DNA of 64,000 nucleotides, from positions 116,909,971-116,973,970 of the forward strand of contig NC_085843.1 of assembly GCF_035594765.1 (NCBI RefSeq), written 5' to 3'. A model generated the notes under the pieces. The model did not search any database. It worked only from the letters and a program-made list of their open reading frames with translations, and had not been told where the DNA came from. This DNA is from Anolis carolinensis (Eukaryota). Position numbers and translations under genes: made by a program. This document shows positions 23,853 through 35,517 of the stretch, in pieces (within the stretch, counting starts at the first letter, position 1; each line of letters begins with the position of its first letter).

Positions 23853-24399
23853 TTTACATGTATTTCAGGAATGTAGAAACCCTCCTGCAACTTTTTTCTA
23901 TGTTAACTTGCATGGGATTCCCCACTTTCCGTTTGTTTTTAAAATGTTTTGCTAAATAAGAGTGGTGAAAGTCAGATCTTTGGCCATATTTTCATAACCT
24001 TTGCTTGTCTACCTTCCCCTTCAATCCTTCCTCTCCCTCCACTATACCTTTAATTACCCCTTCCCTTCTTTTGTAAATCAGAGCTCTCAGGATAAATGAA
24101 TAGTTTAAACCCAGTAAAACCAAGAAAAATAATTCAAGTAGAAATGCTCTTAATGAATGTATGCTTTTCACAGAGCATTGGACTAGAAAGAGGCTTCCCA
24201 TAGTATCTAGGTTCAATCTTGTGACATGGATAAAGCTGCAAAGATAAAATACACATTTGATGAATCATAGAGGGCATGATGACTTATAGAGATATATTGG
24301 AGGGGGTACAATAAAATTTTCTAGGTTCATGTAAATCCCTTGATCTGTTTTCTATTAGAATGGTCATATAGTTGTTAAATGCCTAGTTCAACTAGATCT

Positions 24400-24787
24400 A
24401 CCTTATATACTGAAATTTTGGTCAAAAAATCAATGCAAAAAACCTGGCTCAACTTATCCATGTGTAAAAAAAAGAGAAAGAAATCGGCACCTTCTATGAG
24501 TAAGTGGTGAAAGGCCGGAGCCTAGTCCATCTCAGGAGAACCAAAATGAAGTATCAGTCCCCTCTACTTTTTCTGCATTCATGCTACTTTTGGCCCTTTT
24601 GAAGGCCTGGATGGGAAAATGGCAGTGGTGGCCAAAGCATCTGGGCTCCCGAGAAGGCATTGATGCTTTTCCTTCTCTGAGGAATGACCTTCGACTTATC
24701 CACGGGCCATATAAAAATCCATAATTTTGGCCCCCCAAACTGCCCTTGGCTTATACATGAGGCCGACTTGTACAGTATATATGGCAG
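24400..24787 (-). mobile_element. Degraded pogo/Tc2-type MITE
   Basis: Inverted homologue of 34706-35077 (GACTTATCCA, AAAATCCAT, GGCTTATAC motifs); ends approximate. Confidence 0.55.
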
Positions 24788-26138
24788 CTCTTTTAATTTC
24801 TTTCCCCTATTGCCCACTTATTATAAGAGCCAAGGATAGGGTTGTTTTAAAAATGGAATATACTAATGAAACTGTAAAACAAATCTTATCAGATGTGCTG
24901 GAAATATCTCTTACTGACCATAAGCATATAACTTGATGATGATGATGATAACAATAAACTTTATTTGTATTCCACCCTATTTCCCCAAGGAGACTCAGGG
25001 CAGATTCCACCAAACAATGGCAAATGTTCAATGCCACAGTACATTCATAAATACAAGTACAAATAACGAACCAACCAAATCCCAAGACAAACCAACATCT
25101 AAGACAAAGTTATAACCAGAAATTAAATAACATAATTTGTCAATTAATTTACATCTATCATAAAAACACAAACATAAATTTATATAAAACCACAATTAAA
25201 ATTCATTTAAAATAGTTATTAAAATTATTATGCGGTCAATAAAACCAACAGAGACAACAGAACCAACAGAGCCAGTAAATCAATAAAATATATTTCCAGC
25301 ACATCTGTTTTTTCCTGCTACGACACAGCCTTACAAAACTCTGTGTTGTTGACCCCTTTAAAGGAAGAAAAATGCTATTAAAAGCCAGAAGTTGATTATA
25401 CCAATATAATTCATCCTTTGTACTAGCAAACATGTTGTCTGCTCTAGCAGGCAATGACAAATGAGTTCATTTTACTTGCTATATAGGAGGCATATTAAAC
25501 ATATAAACTCTTCTAATTAGAACTGCTTGGAAACAGCAGTAGCCACTGAATTAATACCAACTGTTGTTTGCTTATGATGTCCTATTGCCATAAGGCAATA
25601 TTGTAAAAAGTCAGAAAACACATAGAATAGGGAACGGGAACTTTGAGTCCCTGGGACCACTGCCTCAAGAAATCCAGCAAGTCAGGAGAAAAAGACTCAC
25701 AGATAGTAAACAAAGACAAAGAGATTATTATCCCAGGAATTTTGGTTTGATCTTGCAAAATAGAATAATTTTCTTAACAGAGAACCTTAACAGCCTTATT
25801 TTAAAAATGGTATTAGTGCCCGACCTATAGAGATATACAGTTATCATTGTCTATGAAGGGATAAGATGATTGCTAAGTCCTTACAGTCACTGGAACAAGT
25901 AACAAAATGGAAATGAACATTGTGGGAATATCATGTTAAGACATTACAGCTTCTGGCTTCTTCTGTTGCTCCAAATAAAAGTAAGATTTATTAGATTAAT
26001 GTGACATGTTATGCTTTTACCTTTTTACTATCTTTCAATATGATTCAGTTTAATAAAAAGTTTTAATGCAACTGTTTATTGTTTATTTTTTATAAAAATA
26101 CGTTAGCTCTATTTCAGAAGAAAGGTAGGATACAAATA

Positions 26139-26444
26139 CAGGTGACCTACAGTATCCACCGGAGTTTATTTCTCACTCCCATGGATACCAAAATCTGTGG
26201 ATGCTCACATTTTATTATATACAGTGGCATAATGAAATGTTACCCTTATATGAAATGGCAAACAGCTCAAATGAGTCCTGGAGAGAGTCTGGTGTTCTGT
26301 GAACTAGTGGGAGGCTATAAAGGGCTATGTCTCTACCATGTTGTGCTCTGAACAAGGCAAGATCAATGTTTCTTTCTGACTAGTTTCAAGTCATGGTTGG
26401 TTGAAACTCTGAATGCAGAGCCCATGGATATGGAGGGTTGATTG
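26139..26444. mobile_element. Degraded Tigger-like MITE
   Basis: CAGGTGACC...CCATGGATACCAAAATCTGTGGATG...CCCATGGATATGGAGGGTTGATTG|TA. Confidence 0.55.
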
Positions 26445-26480
26445 TATATTTAAAAAGGGTTGCATTTATAGAGTGTAGAC

Positions 26481-26685
26481 CAGGGGTCCTCAAACTTTTT
26501 AAGTGGAGGGCCGGTTGGGGGGCTGGACTATGATGAAATAGTCCAAAATTAGGATTGTTGTTGTTGTGTGCCTTCAAGTCGTTCCAAACTTAGGTCAACC
26601 CTAAGTCTAAAGTTTAGGACAGGGGCCAGGTAAATAACCTTGGAGGGCTGCATCCGGCCCATTGGCCTTCATTTGGGGGCCCCTG
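26481..26685. mobile_element. hAT MITE
   Basis: CAGGGGTCCTCAAACT...TTTGGGGGCCCCTG; 8-bp TSD GTGTAGAC. Confidence 0.85.
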
Positions 26686-28125
26686 GTGTAGACGATAGGA
26701 TATGCTATCCTCCTATGTTGAGGTCATGAAGGTGCCAAAGGCTAAATTTATAAATCTAGTTTTGTATTTTCTTCACCATTGTTGCATCCAAAGATATTTC
26801 TATTCTGACCACCAATGAACCGTCTGGCCTTTGGTTATGCCAAACACTGCTTCTTAATATTACACAGTAGAATCTCAGTTAACTAGCACCAATGGTATAG
26901 AGTCATAGAGTCTGAAGAGACGACACGGGCCATCCAGTCCAACTCCCTGCCATGCTAGATAAATGTGCTTTCTGGTTCCTTGAGAGCTACTATTAAAATG
27001 GTTTGTAAACTTCTTTGAATTTCAATAGCAGGGGAAAGATCACGCTTAAGGATATTACAGCATGTGTTATGAATCCCTTAGCAATGAACGGCAGTGCTCA
27101 CCATCACATAACATTGTAGTTCAAGCACTTTGACAAAGTTTAAAATGTATTTACAGGCTGTACATTTTAACAGACAGAGGAAATCCATTGTTAGGCTTCA
27201 GAAAGTGATTCCTAAGTGTGTTCAAAGTTCCAAGTGCCTCTGCATCTAATTTGGGGACTGTGACATGTGACCATGGATGTGTTAAGGATGCCAATTTGCA
27301 TTTCTTCACTTCCCTGTGGCCAAACTGCTTGGCATTTCACTTCTGGTGAGCAGACCAGGAGGACATCAGGCTGCAAAGCCATTGCGTCCCACTTTTGTCC
27401 TATTTACTTCTATCATCATCCTCATCATCATCATGTAATTGCAAAGGGACATGATTATTATTTTAATGACTCTATTCTTAGTAAGAAATCATTGGTTAAT
27501 TTAAAATGTAACTCAAGATGGGCTTAAAACCATTTTCTATACATTTAAGTCAATGAAAAAAAGTTCCTTTCTGTGTTTATATTATTACCAGATAACGATA
27601 GAGTTCTGTGTGGTTTACTTTGTGGATTTCTGATAATGTAAAATTTTCGAGCAGGGGAGTCCAGTTCTAAGGAAAATCAGCTGTCTTGTTTTTAAGCAGT
27701 TTCCTGTTCATAAGATTATTTTTTTGATGACATGAAGTATTGTGGTGATGTCTGTCCCCAAAAGTTTGCATCCTTCAGTTGTCATTCGTCTTCTGCTGCG
27801 TGCTCCACAATGTTTGCTCTGCACACTTTCTTAGAAGACTTTATGACAATATCTGTTTTCATCTGTGTTTTCTTTGGTGCTATTTTTGATCTTGTGCCAG
27901 GTGGTTAGAGGTAGCTATTGCTGCAATCTTCAATCAAACTTCTGTCATTCATTGCCTACAGCTAGCCATTTGATTACAGAAACTACAGGTCTGCAATCCT
28001 GGCCAGAAATGTAAAACAACGGGTGGCCAGAATTTTTAATTCAGAATATTGTATTATGTGAATGGAATAGAAAGACCACTGAATGCAAGGACATGGGATG
28101 TGAGAGATAATTTCTGGGTTTATAG

Positions 28126-29207
28126 TAGAGATTTGCAACTTGGCAAAAAAGTGCCATTTTTGGTCCTGTTTTCGACTGCTTCCCTCATCTCATATACCAG
28201 GAAATTCCCAAAATCAGAAGGGGGGGGGGTTCTGTTTTTGTGCCAGTGAGATTTGGTCTACGGGCACCAATGGGGAAAATTTAGAGGCTTGTTTCTCCAT
28301 CATTTTTAGGCCTATCAGCATGAAACGGGCCTCACTTGTAGGCCACATTTATGACTGCAAGCATGCCAAGTTTCAGAATGTTTCACTAATCCACTGATTT
28401 TTGGGAAATTTAAAGTTTTTACCATAACATTAAAAAACACACACAACCAGGCCTCTGATTGACTGAGAAAGAAAGTGAAACAGAGAAAGAGGAAAACCTA
28501 AACTCTCATCATGCCCTGGAAGTGAGCGCAGAGGCTCCTTAAATGCCCACCCCACACAAAGTGCTGTTGGGAAAGCGAGTTCCCATTTGCCTCAAGCAGG
28601 CCCTGGTGGGGGAGGCCTTCGGGAAGGGGGGGGGCTGCTAGGAAAGAAAGAAGTCATTCTCACTCTTGCCTGATTTGCGAGGCCGCCCACATTCGGATAG
28701 TGTACCACTCAGCCCCATTAGCCCTCATTAGCTGAAAGATCCGGCTAGCCCCTACCCTCCAAACCTTCCACACACAACAAAAGACTGATAAGCCTTTGAT
28801 CATGTTTAGACTCTCTTATAATATATATGAGGACCTTTAGATTCTTTTTAAGCACTTTACAACTCTGAGTTGAATACTGCTGTTTATCTGCAGCATTTGC
28901 TGGTACTGTGAATTTATGATGTTGTGTTACCTGTTTATTGCCTATGTTTTGTTTTGCACTTGTTGCATTTTGTATGTCATACCTTCAGTGTTTTGTGAGC
29001 CACCCGAGTCCCTCTGGGAGATGGTGGCGGGATATAAATAAAGTTTTATTATTATTTATTATTATTATGCTGTGATCCACAATGGTTAAGGTTTAGGTTG
29101 CCCCCCCCCCCAAAAAAAAAAAACAGGTCCTTTTTTGATGATCCAGCTATCGGATCACTGAATTTCCCCAAATCCTGAATCATGATACAGAATCATGCAC
29201 ATCCCTA
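28126..29207. mobile_element. Composite non-autonomous hAT element
   Basis: TAGAGATTTGCA...TGCACATCCCTA; 8-bp TSD GTTTATAG at 28118-28125 and 29208-29215; internal L2 tail near 28995-29067. Confidence 0.8.
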
Positions 29208-29603
29208 GTTTATAGACGTAATGTTCATAACACTTCATGGTTTCAGTCTCAAAGACAACCCCTGAAATTATTCATCCACTTTGGAATCCTTTGTCTTTTG
29301 CATTCTGCAGCTGCCATATTGGATATAGTTTACTTTCATTCAGAGCAGATGAGAAAGGTGGAAACTGAAATATTTTCTGTTTTTTAGACATTCTGATATA
29401 TATTATAAGTAACTAATTGTCATGACTTATGATCAATCCACTCTCTGTGTGCAGTGTTGCCATGTTTTCAAAACAGCAATAAGAGTTGGGAAATTCATGA
29501 CAAGCAGGTTTAACAATCAGGAAATAGCAAAAGAAAGAGTATGTCCACCCAAATACCAATTGAAAATATTGAGCTGCTTACAGGGAGTGGTCAACCCCCC
29601 TGT

Positions 29604-30270
29604 TCAAGCAGCTCCACTGGCTGCCAATAACTTTCTGGGCCCAAGTCAAGGTGCAGGTTATTACCTATAAAGCTCTAAACGGTTCGGTACCTGCCTATCT
29701 TCAGTCTTCGAGGAGGGTCTTTTCGTGTCCCCCGTCATCCCCTATGAACCCACTTGGGGGGGGGTCATCCCCTATGAACACACGTCTGAAATCTTCCGGG
29801 GAGGCCCTCCTCTCGCTTCCATCTTCCTCACAACTGCATTTGCTGGGGACGAGAGAGAGGGCCTTCTCGGCCGTGGCCCCGCGACTCTGGAACTCCCTCC
29901 CCAGAGAGATTAGGTTAGCTCCCTCTCTATCCTCCTTCAGGAAACAACTGAAGACTTGGATGTTTCGGCAGGCCTTCGGCGAGACAGTCATTAGCTAATC
30001 AGCCCCAGATGGTTTTAATAATCTATCCTGTATTTATTGTGTCCTTACCATTTATATGTTTTAAATGCAACTTTACCCTTGTATTGCTGTTTCAGTTGAC
30101 TGGTTTTTAACTGTTATAATATTCTTGCTTCATATTGTATTACTGTTTTTATCTTTTATATTGTGATTCGTATTATGTTGTTGTTTATTTTGTCCTTATG
30201 TTGTTTGGGCCTCTGCCCCATGTAAGCCACCCCAAGTCCCCGCGGGGAGATAGTGGCGGGGTATAAATAG

Positions 30271-30332
<62 letters not shown>

Positions 30333-30336
30333 TATT
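29604..30336 (+). mobile_element. L2 LINE 3' fragment with (TTA)n tail
   Basis: QLHWLPI..., VITYKALNG, RAFSAVAPRLWNSLPREIRLAPSLSSFRKQLKTWMFRQAF; L2 terminal stem-loop near 30224-30268. Confidence 0.88.
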
Positions 30337-30594
30337 TCAGTTAACCTAGCCATGTAGTTTTTGGTACAAACAACATATTGCTTACAGTCATAAATTACAC
30401 AATACATACGTTGCTGCTTTTATGAAGGGCCCTTGGCAAAAATACATGATTTTTTTGTATCTTATTCAGTTTAAATTTTCTAACCCTGAAGTATGGGGCA
30501 ACCCTTACCTTATTAATGAGAGACAAGCTTTCTGGCCCTCATATAAGGGACATTCCTTCCATTAAGAGACACCAGGCTGAAACCCTTTTACTCA

Positions 30595-30746
30595 GGGCTC
30601 TTCCACACAACCATATAACCTAGAATATTAAAGCTGAAAATCCCACAATATCATCTGGTTTGAACTGGGATAGCTGAGTCCATGCTGCCATATATTCCAC
30701 TTCAAAGCAGATAATGTGGATTTTATTCAGCTGTGTGGAAGGGGCC
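30595..30746. mobile_element. PIF/Harbinger-type MITE
   Basis: GGGCTCTTCCACAC...GTGTGGAAGGGGCC with TCA on both sides. Confidence 0.7.
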
Positions 30747-30856
30747 TCAGACAGGCTTTCAAAGAAGGTTTTAAAGATCAATTCATGGGGCGCTGTGGTT
30801 TTAACTTTGAACATGCATTGAACATATTTGAATGGTTTTTGACTATGAATTTTTAA

Positions 30857-31070
30857 TACTGGCTTGCTGTGAGACTTTCGGGCTGTATGGCCATATTCCA
30901 GAAGCTTTCTCTCCTGACGTTTCACCTACATTTGTGGCAGACATCCTCAGAGGTGTGAGGTACAGATGTGGGCGAAACGTCAGGAGAGAAAGCTTCTGGA
31001 ACATGGCCATACAGCCCAAAAGTCTCACAGTAACCCAGTGATTCTGGCCATGAAAGCCTTCAACAATACA
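30857..31070. mobile_element. Penelope-like terminal repeats in inverted (palindromic) arrangement
   Basis: About 30857-30935 is the reverse complement of about 30962-31040. Confidence 0.75.
30909..30960 (-). ncRNA. Minimal type I hammerhead ribozyme motif
   Basis: CCU-CUGAGGA-stem II (UGUCUGC/GUAGGU)-GAAA-CG-UC/AGG; both conserved core boxes intact. Confidence 0.6.
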
Positions 31071-31219
31071 ATTTTAATACTGTTTATATTTAATTCTGTT
31101 TTAATCCTTGTATATATGTATATTTTAAATGGTGTACTAATGCTTTTATGTTAAGCTGCTTTGAGTCCACTTTGGGAGAGATAAAGCAGGTATAAATAAA
31201 TATAATAATAACAACAACC

Positions 31220-31273
<54 letters not shown>

Positions 31274-32632
31274 ATGAGAGTGAGTGAGTGAGAAGAAATT
31301 AAGGAGTCAATCCTATACATGCCTGTTTTGAATTCTACAGAGTTTACTTTTGAGTAAGCCTGTATAATTATACATACATCCAGTAACTTGCATTTACTTA
31401 TTTGCTGTTGCGTCAACTTGCTACCACATTGATGCAATAGGCTCTTAAAATATGAACCCATCACAAGTTTTTGGCGATGAGCCTGCAAATTATATACTAG
31501 TTTCATCATTTAATATCATATGACTTCCAGCTTCTTCTCGGCTATTTCTTGTCTGACTCCTTTAGTTTTTCTTTTGGCTTATGTGGCGCTTTCATATTCA
31601 TTGTATGTGCATTCTCTCTTTCACTCATGATAGACTCTTTCCTCTTCATCTTGTTTGTTGTCCTCTCCTCAGTTTGTTGTTTAGAAAGTAACCAACAATG
31701 AGAAAACTAAAAAGGTTATGTTGAATTTAGATTAGAGTGGAATAGGAGTACGTGATCTTCTCCAAAGCAGCTCTGTAACATTCATCTGTTAATACTATGA
31801 GAAAACCTGCTCTTCTGTGATCTTCTGAGGGTTTCTTGATAAGCTTTAATCTTCTGCACTATTTGGTGTTTATCTGAAATAAATCCAAATTCGAAACCTT
31901 TTGAGCTTTGCACATTCCTGCACTTGGTTTCATACAACACTAATAAGCTTTTGACAACTTAAGCCACAGAAGTCTGGAATGTAAGTAATTTGCTGAAGCA
32001 TTATATGCTATACACCTTTCATTTGTAAAATCCTTGTCAACTGGGAAGCAGCTCCTCAGTTCAAATTTACAGCCAAGTATAGTGTTCTTTCACAGTGACT
32101 ATGTGATTAATTTTGCATTGTAGTTATTTTCTCCTAGATCTTTTGTGATTGTCCTAGTTATAAAAATAGCTCTGCCATATTGATCCAGGGGCCAGCCTCT
32201 TCCTCCTGGGACTCTATAGGGACTGGATGTGCTGCCAAAACAACACCCAAACCAAACCAGAAGTGACTTGATGTCCACTTCTGATTTTGAAAGATGATTA
32301 TTCTTTCATTTGAAATAGGGCAATTTTCTCTTTCACTTTACACAATTACAGCACTGTATTCCACTTTAACAGTTACTTGGGTATGAATATTCTAGTACAA
32401 ATTATACATAGCTCTCAACAAATGTAACCAGTGCATGAGCTAATAATTCTCTTGAAAGATCTAGTCTTATCTTAGTAACAACTTCCTGTTACCAGTATTC
32501 TAATCTTTCTAACATTTTAAATATTTTCTGTTAGTATTAATCTATACCAAGAGATATAAAAGATATGTAACGATCTGTTCAATAGCAATCCTAAAATACT
32601 TTGGATTGTGATGAAGAGGATTGTTCATAGTA

Positions 32633-32955
32633 CAGTAGAGTCTCACTTATCCAACACTCGCTTATCCAACGTTCTGGATTATCCAACGCATTTTTGTAGT
32701 CAGTGTTTTCAATGTATCGTGATATTTTGGTGCTAAATTCGTAAATACAGTAATTACTACATAGCATTACTGCGTATTGAACTACTTTTTCTGTCAAATT
32801 TGTTGTATAACATGATGTTTTGGTGCTTAATTTGTAAAATCATAACCTAATTTGATGTTTAATAAGCTTTTCCTTAATGCCTCCTTATAATCCAACATAT
32901 TCGCTTATCCAACATTCTGCCAGCCCGTTTATGTTGGATAAGTGAGATTCTACTG
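32633..32955. mobile_element. Tc1/mariner-pogo MITE
   Basis: TIR CAGTAGAGTCTCACTTATCCAAC / GTTGGATAAGTGAGATTCTACTG; TA TSD. Confidence 0.92.
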
Positions 32956-33061
32956 TACATTGCTGCTGGGGAAATCTATCCAATTCCCAACTACCATAAG
33001 AAATTGTTCTAATCCATGCTAATTAAAAGTCCTGGCATTTTTGTCCTGCAAGCCCTGACAC

Positions 33062-33329
33062 TTTTTTGTGTCAAGAGTGACTTGAGAAACTACAAGTCGC
33101 TTCTGGTGTGAGAGAATTGGCCATCTGCAAGGATGTTGCCCGAGGGATGCCCGGATGTTTTGATGTTTTTACCATCCTTGTGGGAGGATTCTCTCATGTC
33201 CCCACATGGAGCTGGAGTTGTTAGTGGGAGCTCAACCGTGCTCTCCCCGTGTTGAATTTGAACCAACAACCTTCAAGTCATCAGTCCTGCCAGCACAAGG
33301 GTTTAGCCCACTGCACCACTGGGGGCTCC
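33062..33329 (-). mobile_element. tRNA-derived A-tailed squamate SINE, full length
   Basis: GGAGCCCCCAGTGGTGCAGTGG head with A/B boxes and an A tail on the minus strand. Confidence 0.85.
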
Positions 33330-34705
33330 TCCTGTCTCCACTACAATAATATTGTATGATTTCCCCAGTTTTCTACTTCCCTATATTGTCATAGTAGCCT
33401 CAAAGAAAAAAAATCTGTGTCATTTTTCAGATGAATAAACTAGAGAATATTCAGAAATGTGTATGAGCACTATTTAGTTGAATCTTGGTATTGATTTGTA
33501 CATTAAAAAAGACAGAAGGCATATGTGTCATGATCTATGTATCTAACAGAACAACTTATTTCAAGACTTTAATGTGGGGACATAGATCCTGGGAATTCTA
33601 CACCTGTCATTGGATGCTGTTCATAATTTTCATTCCAACTGACACCATCAAAGAAGACAAACTCCAAAATTCCTTTAGCAATAGTCATTTGGTGTTAAAT
33701 TTAAAACATTAAAAACATATCTATCTAGATACCAATATTTGGAAATCTATGGAGACGGTTCATTTGTTCTTCACATCCTAGTAATCCCTCACTGATTAAT
33801 CAATTTAACTCATTTATTGCTTTTCCTTTAGAAAGATGAGAACATCTTACATGGTGTTCTCTAATAGTCTTTCATCCAGGCAATGTTCAGGCCCAAACAT
33901 GATGAGTTTATTTTCCAAGGGTGAATGTTCATTGGATATTTCTGTGGAGTTTCCTTCCTTTCATTTATTTCTAACTTGCTTCTTGACAAACTGTTGTTCT
34001 GTTCAACCCAGCATGGATAAAAACAAGCACATATTCTGTCAATGTTAACTTCTATTTCACCGGTGATTGAACTGTCCCATGGCGGACCTTTTTCAGTACT
34101 TTCAACAGCTGTCCTAAAAGGTAACAGCCCTGGAAAACAACAACTTCCCACAGCATGAAGGATCCTTACCTTTGTTAGCAGTTGATCTGAGTTGTTCAAA
34201 TAATTTTAATGAGAAAGTTTTCTCTCCTTGTCTTGGAAAGCTTGCATTTCTGATGTTGGAGATAGAAAGAATGAGGCAGTCTCTAATAACAGTGTTTGCT
34301 CCCTGGGCTGTGTGGGAGGATGAGGAGGATTTTGCGTCTTTAAAACTAAGCCATGATTATAAAAACATGACAGAGACGTGTTGTGATAATGGGCAAAACT
34401 GTCACGATTTCTATTGCTGCTGGCAGAAAGCTCTGGCTGTCTCCTTAGAATTCTGAAGAGACAGTGTATTATTAGTTTATACAGCGACAAGCCTTATCTG
34501 CATCTGATATTTCAGTAGGAGGTATGGAATAAAATCAATTTTGCACCAGAAAGTAAAAGCTGTATTGTCTTAAAAGCAGGACATCGGTCACTTTCTGAAT
34601 TATTTTTGGTCCAGCATAGAGCTTGGAAAAAATCTTTTTTGGATTTCTTTTATACAACATCACATGTGATAAAATGTCCATCTATACTGCTCACATTTCC
34701 AACAT

Positions 34706-35077
34706 ACCATATATACTCAAATATAAGTTGACCTCATGTATAAGTCAAGAGCAGGCTTTGGGGACAAAGTGATGGATTTTGATATGACCCATGGATAATT
34801 TAAGGGTCATTGCACAGAAGGGATAAGCACCCATGCCAGCTCAGGGGGCCAGCAGTCTTTGGCAGCTACCACTATTTTGCTGCCTACCTAGGCATTCAAA
34901 AAGATCAGAAGCAGCACCACCATGAAAGGAATAGAGAGGGTTGGTACTTATTGGAAGTTTTCCATTCTACTCAGAGAAGGTTTAAGGTACAGTACTCACT
35001 CAGACCTATGGATAAGTCAACCCAGGTTTCTTAGATCGATTTTCTGACTAAAATTTCTAGACTTATACATAAGTATA
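34706..35077 (+). mobile_element. Degraded pogo/Tc2-type MITE
   Basis: TA|CCATATATACTCAAATATAAG...GACTTATACATAAGTATA. Confidence 0.6.
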
Positions 35078-35517
35078 AAGGACACATATGAAACATGTTT
35101 GTAGACCACATTTCTAGAGTCACAGCACTAGGTAAATTTCAGCCCCTTTGATGACGTATTTTCCCATTGCTCTATTTGCATGTAATATCCAAAATTCTGA
35201 GCCCATTCCACCATGTACTCTTTATCTTATCCCATTTCCAGATTAGGTTTTAACAAAAGTAGATTCATTTTTGCAATCATATGTTCAGCAGCAGAACACA
35301 ATTGTAATTCAAATTCAGATGTGTTCTCTTGAAAACTATAAATATTTTTATCCTTCTTAAATTTTTCTTTTTTTTTTATTTTTTTTTTATAAATGTTTTT
35401 TTATTATTATACAATTATTGGTTCTATTACATTTTATACAGCACACTCTTTTATAGTTTGCTTAAACATTTTCACCCCACCACGGTGCTCCCCTCCCCCC
35501 GTCTCAAGCCACAATTC

